Made by a program: the position numbers and the translations under genes | Notes under the pieces: generated by a model | What the model was told of the DNA's origin: nothing | Seen by the model: the letters and a program-made list of their open reading frames with translations, nothing else | The model's database searches: none | NCBI GenBank assembly: GCA_963792965.1 | Contig: CAWBYW010000016.1 | Coordinates: 32,001 to 96,000, forward strand | DNA from: an uncultured delta proteobacterium | GTDB taxonomy: Bacteria; Desulfobacterota; Zymogenia; Zymogenales; Zymogenaceae | Direction of reading: 5' to 3' | DNA length: 64,000 nt | Part shown: piece by piece, positions 1 through 8,659 of the stretch | Layout of the letters: each line of letters begins with the position of its first letter | Position numbering within the stretch: the first letter of the stretch is position 1

Positions 1-1172
1 ATCACGTCGACGCCTATATCCCCTTTGACGAGCTCTTCCGGATCACGGGGGAACAGGTTATGCGCCAACATACCCTCTTTCGGCTCATCTGGCTGAGGCA
101 AAACGCCCCCCAAGCCCTCGAGCGGGCGCATAAGTACCTCATGGTGCCCGGCATCCTCAACCACCGGTTGACCGGGCAGATGACCAACGACCCCACCACC
201 GCCGACAGCATGATGCTGTTGGATATTAAAAAACGGGCCTACTCGGCGCTCCTGATGGGCAAACTCGGGCTTTCCGAGTCCTTTTTCGGTCCCCTCGTGG
301 AGCCGGGGACGGTCATCGGGACGTTGACCCTGAAGGCGGCCCGCCTGTTGGATCTTGCCGGGGATATACCGGTCGTCGCCGCCGGGCACGACACCCAGTT
401 TGCCGTCGCGGGCTCGGGCGCCGCTCCCGGCGAGGCCGTATTGAGCTCGGGGACGTGGGAGATCCTCTTTGCCCGCAGCAACTCCCCCGACACCTCCAAC
501 CGGGCCAGGGAAGCCGGGCTCAAGAACGAGTGCGATGCGGTGCGGGGCCTGTTCGACGTCGGGTTCCAATGGATCGGCTCCGGCGCCCTCGAGTGGGCGG
601 CAGACACCTTTTACCCGATCCGATCGAAAAAGGAGGCCCGCTACAACCTCATGATCGACGAGGCACGGCGTGTCCTGCCCGGCTCGGGCGGCCTCACCGT
701 GCACCCGTCGCTTTTGCCCGGCTCCGGCATCGCTCGTCGCCACCGGACCTCGGGGACAATCCTCGGCCTGACGCTGACAAGCTCCCGGGGCCAGATATAT
801 CGCGCGTTCCTGGAGGGGCTGTCGTTTCAGCTGCGCGAGGCGATCGATCTCCTGGGAGAGATTCGCGGCGCAAAGCTCTCGCGCCTGACGGTCGTGGGAG
901 GGGGCTCGCGCAATGGAGTGTGGAACCAGATCCGGGCCGACGTGACCAACCTCCCCATCCGCCTCACCCGTCAGGTCGAGAACACCGTCGTCGGCGCGGC
1001 GATCTTCGCCTTCATCGGCGCGGGTCTCTATCGGGACTACGGCCAGGCCGTGCGGAACATCGACTTTTTCCGGGAAGAGATCCACCCGTCGCCTGGACGC
1101 GAGGTCTATGACGAGCTCTACGATCGGTTCAGGGAGATCGGGCCCGCGCTGAAGGGGTTCTATTCTAAGTGA
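1..1172 (+). CDS. fucK: FGGY-family sugar kinase, L-fuculokinase-like (5' end outside window)
   Basis: AAGHDTQFA and VLSSGTWEILFARS match FucK-type motifs; VVGGGSRNGVWNQIRADV; frame is open from position 3. Confidence 0.75.
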   Translation, partial: HVDAYIPFDELFRITGEQVMRQHTLFRLIWLRQNAPQALERAHKYLMVPGILNHRLTGQMTNDPTTADSMMLLDIKKRAYSALLMGKLGLSESFFGPLVEPGTVIGTLTLKAARLLDLAGDIPVVAAGHDTQFAVAGSGAAPGEAVLSSGTWEILFARSNSPDTSNRAREAGLKNECDAVRGLFDVGFQWIGSGALEWAADTFYPIRSKKEARYNLMIDEARRVLPGSGGLTVHPSLLPGSGIARRHRTSGTILGLTLTSSRGQIYRAFLEGLSFQLREAIDLLGEIRGAKLSRLTVVGGGSRNGVWNQIRADVTNLPIRLTRQVENTVVGAAIFAFIGAGLYRDYGQAVRNIDFFREEIHPSPGREVYDELYDRFREIGPALKGFYSK

Positions 1173-1194
1173 GGTGAGAGAAAAGCCGGCGTCT

Positions 1195-2487
1195 CTATAC
1201 TACAACAAGGTTGACCGCATCCATGAATATGCCGATCCGGCGATCCACCACCCCCTTCCCGGGTGAGCCGCACCTCCTCGTCGCCGCTGATAGGGCCGCG
1301 CCGATCGAATCATATCGCGAAAAGAAGCCGACCTTTCCTTTTCGGTCGGCCTTCCCAAGATGGTCGGATACGACCATCATCCCGCCCCCCGACCGGATAA
1401 ACTCGAGGGGGTGCGTGAATTTGTGATCCCCAAGGCGGTATTCACCCCGAAGCCGATGTGCGATCGATTCGGTCTCATCCGACAGATTCAATGTCCCGGA
1501 AAAATCCGTGGGGCCCAGGCCGTCGACACAGGAGGCCACGAGGATGTATGTCCCCCCGGTCTTTATGGCCGATCTGATGTTCTCGAACGATTTCATCGCC
1601 TGGTAGAGCGTCCGGTCCATGGGGGCCACGGCGACTGCGACGGCGATATCGAGTGGGGGGCAATCCTTTTCTGTAGATCGCATCGACGTGACCGGACAAC
1701 CCCTCGGGGGAGTTAAGCGGGCCCACGACCAGGGAAAAGACCGAATCTCCCCTCCCCACGGCGTTGATAAATGAAATCCCCGTGTCGGACAAATATCGGC
1801 CGGCATGGCGCGCGATAGCGAGCCGCGCCGCCTCCATGAGATCTTCGTGGACGGGATTGCCGAGAGTCTCCAGGGGGGCCGCCCCGGTATGCGAGGCGAG
1901 GCGGTGGTTGTGTCTGATCGTCTCGAAGGCGGCGATGCCGGGGACGAGCGACTTTCTGCCTCCGGTATATCCCGCAAACCAGTGGGGCTCGATGCTCCCG
2001 ATCGCAACGACCGTCTCGTACTCAAGGAGTTGCTGCGAAACCTCGACCGGGGTGCCTCGGGAGGTGGTCCCAAGTTGCACCGTCGGGTCACGGGCCGCGT
2101 CGTGGATAAAAAACCTCTCGCCAAAAGATGGGGAGAGGTCGCCGAGAAGCGCTCTGTCGACGGCGTCGGCCGGATCGGTGATCCGGTGTGCGCCGGTCGC
2201 GACCAGGATCGTGCCCGCCGGCGCCCCCGGGTATCTGCGGGCCAGCATAGAGAGTATTCGTTTCGTCGGGGTGGGTCGGTCCAGATCATTGATGATAAAA
2301 AGCGTCCCCTTTCCCGGCGAAAAGGGGAGCGCCAGCGCGTCGAAGATTTCCCTGTCGGCCATGCCGCGAGCGGGCCACGACGGAACACGGGTGTGCACCA
2401 CCCAGCCCGGCGGCGCGTCAAGGGAGATTCCCTTTTCCCCATCCGCGGCGTCGTACCGGATGCTCGCACCCGCCCTTCCGTCGGCAT
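1195..2487 (-). CDS. LarA-family (nickel-pincer) lactate racemase-domain protein, frameshifted near 1655
   Basis: IINDLDRPTPT, ATGAHR, IEPHWFAGYTGGRKSLVPG, IRHNH in ORF 1475..2524; C-terminal LYQAMKSFEN...GGTYILVASC in ORF 1195..2487; switch at a G-run; start uncertain. Confidence 0.75.
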   Translation of the reverse strand: MPTEGRVRASGTTPRMGKRESPLTRRRAGWCTPVFRRGPLAAWPTGKSSTRWRSPFRRERGRFLSSMIWTDPPRRNEYSLCWPADTRGRRRARSWSRPAHTGSPIRPTPSTERFSATSPHLLARGFLSTTRPVTRRCNLGPPPEAPRSRFRSNSLSTRRSLRSGASSPTGLRDIPEAESRSSPASPPSRRSDTTTASPRIPGRPPWRLSAIPSTKISWRRRGSLSRAMPADICPTRGFHLSTPWGGEIRSFPWSWARLTPPRGCPVTSMRSTEKDCPPLDIAVAVAVAPMDRTLYQAMKSFENIRSAIKTGGTYILVASCVDGLGPTDFSGTLNLSDETESIAHRLRGEYRLGDHKFTHPLEFIRSGGGMMVVSDHLGKADRKGKVGFFSRYDSIGAALSAATRRCGSPGKGVVDRRIGIFMDAVNLVVV

Positions 2488-2502
2488 CGTCCGGCGATGC
2501 GC

Positions 2503-3162
2503 CTACTTCTTGGTCTGATCCCATGCGTCGGAAAAACGCTTCAGGCCGACATCGGTGAAGGGATGATAGAAGCTGTCCTTGAAGACCTGGAATCCCGCTG
2601 TCACGATGTGGGCGCCGGCAAGCGCCGCGTCGACGATCTGTTTGCCGTTCCTGAGCGCCGCCACGATGATTTCTGTATCAAACTCGTAGATATCAAATAT
2701 ATCCACGATGTCGGCGATGAAATCCGACGTGTCCTCTCCGCTCGATTCTTTCCATCCTACGAACGGGGAGACGTAGCGCGCGCCGACCCGGGCGGCCTGC
2801 AGCGCCTGTGAGGTGGAAAAGACCAGGGTCACGTTGACCTTGACGCCCGCCTTTGCCAGGCTATAGGCGGCAATAAGCCCTTCTTCGTTGCACGGGACCT
2901 TGACGACGAAGTTTTTGGAGATCTTGGCGAGTTTCTTTGCCTCCGCGACCATATCCTCGGCCTTGGTATGGTGCGGGTTGATTTCGACCGAGATGGGGAA
3001 ATCGACACCCTCGAATTCCTTGGCGAGCTCATCCATGACGGCGGCGGCCGTCTTCCCCGCGGCAAGGATATGGCGGGGATTTGTCGTGACGCCGTCGATG
3101 GCCCAGTTCTTATAGGCGTAGGTGATCTCGTCGAATTTCGCCGTGTCCAGGAAATATTTCAT
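2503..3162 (-). CDS. tal: transaldolase / fructose-6-phosphate aldolase family
   Basis: FLDTA, GVTTNP, VVKVP (Schiff-base Lys), NVTLVFS, YVSPFVG, HPFTD; GGAGG RBS. Confidence 0.9.
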   Translation of the reverse strand: MKYFLDTAKFDEITYAYKNWAIDGVTTNPRHILAAGKTAAAVMDELAKEFEGVDFPISVEINPHHTKAEDMVAEAKKLAKISKNFVVKVPCNEEGLIAAYSLAKAGVKVNVTLVFSTSQALQAARVGARYVSPFVGWKESSGEDTSDFIADIVDIFDIYEFDTEIIVAALRNGKQIVDAALAGAHIVTAGFQVFKDSFYHPFTDVGLKRFSDAWDQTKK

Positions 3163-3494
3163 CAGTTTCCTCCCTTTTTTATAGTCGTGTGATAGGTTTC
3201 ATAAAGGTGACATTGAATTATGAGAAAAGGCCTCCAGGTTCGGGGAGGGGTCTTAACGGCTTGTTCACGGCTCAGCTCTCCGCTCACACGGCGGCATCCA
3301 CATGGTATATACATACACAACTCCCGGGGATAAGTCAAGCAAAACGGGAGCGGCCCGACCTATCTTTATCCCGGTCGACGGGCCCTGCCCGGATCATCCC
3401 CGATACCAGGTCTTCAGCCTCAATTCCGTTTCAACGTAACCGGGCCGAAGCGCAGGCGCCGCTGTCGAAAAACGAGTGCACGAACAGAAAAGGC

Positions 3495-3524
3495 TTGACA
3501 ACCCTACACGAAATACCTTAACGT
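3495..3524 (+). promoter_or_regulatory. putative sigma70 promoter of tRNA-Lys/tRNA-Glu
   Basis: TTGACA-N18-TAACGT ending 20 nt before the tRNA. Confidence 0.5.
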
Positions 3525-3544
3525 ATAAGTTCGTGAAAAAATAG

Positions 3545-3620
3545 GGGGCGTTAACTCAGATGGTAGAGTATCTGCCTTTTAAGCAGAGAGTCACTGGTTC
3601 GAGTCCAGTACGCCCTACCA
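3545..3620 (+). tRNA. tRNA-Lys(TTT)
   Basis: GGGGCGT/ACGCCCT acceptor, TCTGC-CTTTTAA-GCAGA anticodon arm, GGTTCGAGTCC T-arm, CCA end. Confidence 0.97.
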
Positions 3621-3807
3621 GAATATTATATCAGGCGGGAGTAATCTCTCGCCGAGGATTTTTGAGATTGCCTCGGTTCCTTGGCACGGGGAGCGGCGCT
3701 GACGCGACACGGTCAGGCGAAAGTTGACCGTGATGAAACGCCGGAATACTCGGAGCTTTCCTCTATCGGATCAGGTGAGATAGAATAGTAACGGAAAATT
3801 GATTAGC

Positions 3808-3885
3808 GACCCCATCGTCTAGTCCGGCCCAGGACATCGGCTTTTCACGCCGACAACAGGGGTTCGAATCCCCTTGGGGTCGCCA
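3808..3885 (+). tRNA. tRNA-Glu(TTC)
   Basis: GACCCCA/TGGGGTC acceptor, TCGGC-TTTTCAC-GCCGA anticodon arm, GGTTCGAATCC, CCA end. Confidence 0.97.
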
Positions 3886-3894
3886 CTAAATCGG

Positions 3895-3924
3895 AAAGCC
3901 GCCCATAATCGGACGGCTTTTCTT
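3895..3924 (+). terminator. intrinsic terminator after tRNA-Glu
   Basis: AAAGCCGCCC-ATAATC-GGACGGCTTTT then T-rich. Confidence 0.7.
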
Positions 3925-4279
3925 CTCGGCGCCTTTTCACGGATCGCGGTCCTTCCTCAACGCCCCGGCCGAGGATCACGGCTAAAACACATCCGATGCC
4001 TTCCCACCACAACCACCGGCAAGGCCCCGTCCTCCCCGGGCGGAGTGGCTTCGGTTCGGGCCGACATGTCCAATAAGCTCTCGAAATGTGCTTCCAGACC
4101 GCATGATCCCCCAAGAAGTTCCCATATACATACAATATACAATTGCGGAATATACTTGACCCCCACGATATTAATTATAAAATATTAATAGTCCCTTCTG
4201 TCATTCGTGACTCATAGCGAGGCGCTCGACTCGGCCAACCACGACTCGCGGATGTCTGCTATTAATAATGAGGTGACCA

Positions 4280-4780
4280 ATGGACCTAAAAGCGGAGATC
4301 GAAAGGAGAAATGTGAACCAGCATAACGCCTTCCTCTTTGCCATATTCGCGGGGATGGTCAACCTCGGGCTTGTGAATCAGGGGGTGGTCAATGAACTGG
4401 CCAAGAAAGTGGCGGGGTACATGATAAACTACTACTCCACCAAAGATGTAGCCTTTGCCCCTCCAGACAGTCCACTGGAAAAGAACGTCTCGTCTCTATT
4501 CAACTTCTTTAACGGGGACCTCAACTTCGTGAAAGAATATGGGATCGAGAAGTCAGGCGACGGCGTTCGGCTTTCCATTGCCAGCCAGTTTTGCAGGATA
4601 TGCCCCAAGGGGCTCGGGGGGGCGGAAATAAAGGGCACACTTTGCCTCATACCCCACTTCTTCATGCACCTGATGAATCACTACCTCCCACCCGAAGAGC
4701 AGCTAATCCTCCCGAAGGGCCAGCCGAGCATCGTGAAAGAATCGGGCAACTGCATCGTCTCGTACGAGCTGATGAAATAA
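4280..4780 (+). CDS. hypothetical protein, V4R/methanogen-output-domain-like with Cys motif
   Basis: 166 aa; helical N-half, CRICPKG...TLCLIP...GNCIVSY four-Cys pattern; GAGGTG RBS. Confidence 0.6.
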   Translation: MDLKAEIERRNVNQHNAFLFAIFAGMVNLGLVNQGVVNELAKKVAGYMINYYSTKDVAFAPPDSPLEKNVSSLFNFFNGDLNFVKEYGIEKSGDGVRLSIASQFCRICPKGLGGAEIKGTLCLIPHFFMHLMNHYLPPEEQLILPKGQPSIVKESGNCIVSYELMK

Positions 4781-4849
4781 AGGTATCTCTGAAAAGTCGT
4801 TCGACATGGGATGACTTCGTGCCCCATTTACGTGAAGGGCCCACGATAC

Positions 4850-4903
4850 ATCTCCTCGGGGTCGCCAGAAAAAAAGACCGCCTGAAAAAAGGGCGGTTCT
4901 TTG
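4850..4903 (+). repeat. degenerate copy of tRNA-Glu 3' end (att-like) plus terminator
   Basis: ATCTCCTCGGGGTCGCCA vs tRNA ATCCCCTTGGGGTCGCCA (16/18), followed by AAGACCGCC-loop-GGGCGGTTCTTT. Confidence 0.65.
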
Positions 4904-5120
4904 TTTGAGTGGGATAATAATGGTAGTTTCTTTGCCTTAGAGTTTCGTTTTCCTAAGGCTAGGAATTGAATATTGTACAGTATAGTATTTCACTTACATT
5001 TATATTTTATTCTTGACTTATACGATCAAAGATATTAAAGATTTACTGATACTTATATCAGATTATCTTAATAAGTTATCTCTATATTCCGTTAACGCTA
5101 ATAGCGAAAGGAGGACTACT

Positions 5121-6197
5121 ATGGCAAGAGAAGTTACTCAAAGAACGCTTACGATAGATGAACTAAAAAGAATAAATAATAATCAGGACTATTCTCTAGA
5201 CTTTATAAGGCGACTTGAACATGTCTTACTGAAGCTTCCTTTGCCAGGTCAAGCAAGGCCGGGGGATTATACCCCCGAAGGAGAAAAAGGGGAGTTTTCC
5301 GAAGCACTCATTGAGGCCATCAAAAATTATCAAGGCGAAACGGAACTAGTAGAAGACGGGGTATTAGGGAAAAATACGTTAAGCTCACTGAGAAAGAAAT
5401 ATCCAGAATACTTAAGTGAGCCGCTTAGAATCATAAGCGGGAATCATAAGGATGGCAGGACAATAATACCCAAGGATACCTCAAAAAAGGATCGATATAG
5501 ATTCTATAAGGAATTGGCTTTAAATCGTTTTGGCATATGGAGAAGTGGTATAAATGAAGCAAACATCGTGGGAGTACGTAGCATGTTAGGCGGAATCCAA
5601 GGGCCAAATACGCCGGATGAATTTAACGATACCATTGCACTCCTGTGGTTCGATGAAAATAAAAAGGAATTCGTTGAAGAATTCGTAGGGAGCGTGGACC
5701 CAGGTAAAATCGCAAATGCAAACTGGATGTGTAAGGATGGATTAGCGCACATCAAGGATGGAACGTATTTTTACTTTATCGGAAGACACCATTCTCGCTA
5801 TCCAACGGCAAATAATAGGATACAAAAAGCAAATAGTGAAAACGAGGAAGGATATTTTGTTGACGTTGACAGTTATATGCGAGAGGGTTCAATGGACTAC
5901 AACTATGAAGCATTGAACTCACACAGACCTGTAAGAGTATATAGGGATATCGAAGTAGCCTACGACTATTTGAATGTGCCCGAGTTAGATAAAAGAGAGT
6001 TCATCGCAAGCGGAGTCGACATACACTTTGCGGCGGAGGGGGGTAAAGTGGGTGACTGGTCCCAGGGTTGCCAGGTAATTAGCGGTGGACCGAATTACGT
6101 GAAATTCATCGGGATTCTAAAAGAGCTGGAAAATAAGTATAGGATACCCTATACCGTCGTGGACGCATCGAAGGTTGAAGAATCCAAGCCTGCTTAA
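5121..6197 (+). CDS. peptidoglycan-binding domain + L,D-transpeptidase-like (YkuD-type) protein
   Basis: AGGAGG RBS before ATG 5121; EAIKNYQ...EDGVLGKNT PG_binding_1 motif; GVDIH...DWSQGCQV His/Cys motif; AT-rich. Confidence 0.7.
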   Translation: MAREVTQRTLTIDELKRINNNQDYSLDFIRRLEHVLLKLPLPGQARPGDYTPEGEKGEFSEALIEAIKNYQGETELVEDGVLGKNTLSSLRKKYPEYLSEPLRIISGNHKDGRTIIPKDTSKKDRYRFYKELALNRFGIWRSGINEANIVGVRSMLGGIQGPNTPDEFNDTIALLWFDENKKEFVEEFVGSVDPGKIANANWMCKDGLAHIKDGTYFYFIGRHHSRYPTANNRIQKANSENEEGYFVDVDSYMREGSMDYNYEALNSHRPVRVYRDIEVAYDYLNVPELDKREFIASGVDIHFAAEGGKVGDWSQGCQVISGGPNYVKFIGILKELENKYRIPYTVVDASKVEESKPA

Positions 6198-6282
6198 ATA
6201 GATATTAAGTGACTTCCGCCGAGGTTTGCCACTACACCTACTCGTGAAACTTCCTCTCACTCAACGCCGAAGGAGATATGAG

Positions 6283-6350
6283 GACAACAGGGGTTCGAAT
6301 CCCGCCGGGTCGCCAGCAATTAAAAGAAGCCGCCATAATGGGCGGCTTTT
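6283..6350 (+). repeat. second degenerate copy of tRNA-Glu 3' half (att-like) plus homologous terminator
   Basis: GACAACAGGGGTTCGAATCCC (21 nt identical to 3852-3872) + GGGTCGCCA; then AAGCCGCCATAATGGGCGGCTTTT, similar to the terminator at 3895. Confidence 0.85.
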
Positions 6351-6358
6351 GTGTTATT

Positions 6359-7663
6359 TCATAACCTTTTCTCTATCAGCTTCATTTGCCATTCTGAAAT
6401 ATCGCTTTCACTTAAATTTAAGTTAAAAACAGAAAAGATCTTCTTTACTATTTCAGCTGCGATTTCCTTGTAAGAAATGCTCAAATCAATTAGTCTTATA
6501 TCATCTCTAATAGGTATGATGCTCTCGTTTGAAATATGAAACGGCGTTAATCTAATAGGTCGATACAATGAAACTAATCTTCTTTCTTTATTACGATGCA
6601 TATCTATTCTAATACCTAAATTATCAAGGCTGGGTATCTGTTCATAGAATCTCTTTAGGAATAGGAAATATTCAGTAATCATAAGAATTACACCCAAATA
6701 ATCTAAAACAGGCTTCCCTTCAGAGCTTTTACCTTCGACATCTTCAGAATAGCACACTCTCCAAATAAACAAACCGCTTTGATATGCTCTGTAAGCTTCG
6801 ATAGACCTCCACGCGTTGCTAAATGATTCTCTACCCTTTAGGAAATTCTGTGAGTTCTTTTCATCAGTATTGGGAACAGGCCACCCACGAAGTCTTACCT
6901 CTGAGTTCCTTATTAGTGCTTTAATTCTTAATGCATCTGATATCCTCTTTGGGTCATACAACAGTGGGAATGACTGAAAATCAATAAATCCGTACTTATC
7001 AGTAGAGTCACCGATCTTTTCGATAAGAAAACCTTTTGTCTCCTCTATTTCAACTTCATACTCTTTTTCAGATTCCTTTGCACCTTTTGGCGGCTTCCCC
7101 TTTATCAAACGTTCTATCTGACTTAGTAGTTCGTTACCCTTTTTAGCAATCGCCCTTCCCAACAATTCCCTCATTTCCTCAGATGACGGAACTGCTTCAC
7201 TGGTTCCCTTTTCGGTTCTAATATATACTTGACCCTTCTTTAGGATTTGTTTCTTATTGTCTACCGAATAGGCATCATCCTTACAGATTATAGGGACTTC
7301 ATTAAACTCAGGTACGTCAATTGTTACGATATATCTTCCGTCAATTATATTTTTATAGACCTGGCACGAATATTTTGGGTCCGTAAACTTATGCAGGTAA
7401 TCATTCACTTTGGTTTGATCAAAGCAATTAAAGTCATCCTCTGACAAACCCTTTAACTCATACTGCTTGTTTTCAACTCCGAAGATTATCTTCCCGCCAT
7501 CTTGAGTATTAAACATAGCAAGAATGTCTTTTACTATTTTTGATTTTTCCTCATGCGAGTCTTTTCCCCAATTTAGTTTTTCTTTATATTCAAGATTCCT
7601 AGTCTCGCTTTTGGTAGCAAGCAAGGCTCTGATTTCCTCTTCCGGTAATTGTGAATTTTGCAT
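6359..7663 (-). CDS. Schlafen/AlbA_2 domain protein with uncharacterised C-terminal domain
   Basis: SETRNLEYKE, DILAMFNTQDGGKIIFGV, VYIRT motifs; AT-rich. Confidence 0.85.
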   Translation of the reverse strand: MQNSQLPEEEIRALLATKSETRNLEYKEKLNWGKDSHEEKSKIVKDILAMFNTQDGGKIIFGVENKQYELKGLSEDDFNCFDQTKVNDYLHKFTDPKYSCQVYKNIIDGRYIVTIDVPEFNEVPIICKDDAYSVDNKKQILKKGQVYIRTEKGTSEAVPSSEEMRELLGRAIAKKGNELLSQIERLIKGKPPKGAKESEKEYEVEIEETKGFLIEKIGDSTDKYGFIDFQSFPLLYDPKRISDALRIKALIRNSEVRLRGWPVPNTDEKNSQNFLKGRESFSNAWRSIEAYRAYQSGLFIWRVCYSEDVEGKSSEGKPVLDYLGVILMITEYFLFLKRFYEQIPSLDNLGIRIDMHRNKERRLVSLYRPIRLTPFHISNESIIPIRDDIRLIDLSISYKEIAAEIVKKIFSVFNLNLSESDISEWQMKLIEKRL

Positions 7664-7749
7664 AATATTTACTCTTAAATAGAGTATCCTATATTAGGCT
7701 TTTAAATAGTACACGCTATCAATAGACCATTTTAACTGACAAAGCAACC

Positions 7750-8542
7750 TTACTCGTTATCAAATTTCGGCTTCTTCTTCTCGATGAACGACCGCGGGCC
7801 CCTCGTGAAAGTCGTGGGTGGGAAGCAGCGTATTGAAGAGCATGCTCTCGATCCTGAGCCCCTCGGTCAGCGGCGTCCCGATGCCGCGCATCGCCGCCTC
7901 CTTGTCCACGCGGATCGCCCCCTGGGGGAACTCGCAGATCATGGACGCCAGCTCCCGCGCCCGCTCGATGAGGTTCCCTTCCACGATCTCGTTGACAAAC
8001 CCGACTCTCAGCGCCTCCGCGGCGTCAAACTCCTTTCCCGTGATGATATAGTACATCGCGTTGCCCAGCCCCATGATCCGGGGGAGCCTCTGCGTCCCGC
8101 CGTCGCCCAGCCCCACGTTCCAGCGCCGCTCCAGGCACCCGAACCGCGCGTGGGCGGCAGCGATCCTGATATCGGCCGCCGCCGCGACCTCCATCCCCCC
8201 GGCAAAACAGACCCCGTTGATCGCCGCGATGATCGGCTTGAAGATATCGATCCCCCGGGTGAAGCCGCCAAATCCTGGGCCGTCATAGGCCCGACGTCTC
8301 AGATAGGTGGGGCTCCCCGCGACCTTCGGGAGATAGCCTTTCAGGTCCGCTCCCGAGCAGAAGGCCCTGTCTCCCGCGCCGGTGATGATCGCCACGAAGG
8401 CGTCCTCGTCGTCCTTGAAGGCGTGCCACGCCTCAACCAACAGGTCCTCCGTCTCGGCGTCGATGCAGTTCATCTTCTCGGGACGGTTGATCGTAATCCA
8501 GAAAAGGTGCCCCTCCTTTTTGTAAAGGACTTTCTCGGCCAT
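7750..8542 (-). CDS. enoyl-CoA hydratase/isomerase (crotonase) family; probable 1-nt indel near C-terminus
   Basis: INRPEKMN, AFCSGADL, KPIIAAINGVCFAGGME; alternative frame gives typical end GPRSFIEKKKPKFDNE*. Confidence 0.9.
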
Positions 8543-8608
8543 CGGTGCCTCCGTAGCGCCCGCGGTCAGCGCGGCGCGCGTTTCCTGTATGCGGTTTAGC
8601 TCTCAAAC

Positions 8609-8633
8609 AAAAAGCCCCTCCTGAGGAGGGGCG
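8609..8633 (-). terminator. intrinsic terminator after VOC gene
   Basis: minus strand CGCCCCTCCTCAGGAGGGGCTTTTT. Confidence 0.65.
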
Positions 8634-8659
8634 TAACGACGTCTCACGCGATGCAAATC

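Noticed and set aside
1640-1670. Programmed frameshifting or phase variation in larA-like and other split genes
   Set aside because: Too many unrelated genes affected, several with multiple indels and no canonical slippery site; error is more parsimonious.
3690-3745. Hammerhead ribozyme or box C/D motif (CTGA...GAAA, TGATGA)
   Set aside because: Core reads CTGACGC, not CTGANGA; no third stem or cleavage triplet; k-turn register does not pair.
5013-5120. Upstream TTG start of the PG-binding protein
   Set aside because: Strong AGGAGG RBS precedes ATG 5121; the extension looks like AT-rich promoter DNA.
6283-6315. Additional tRNA gene
   Set aside because: Only T-arm and 3' acceptor strand present; no D or anticodon arm; treated as att-like repeat.
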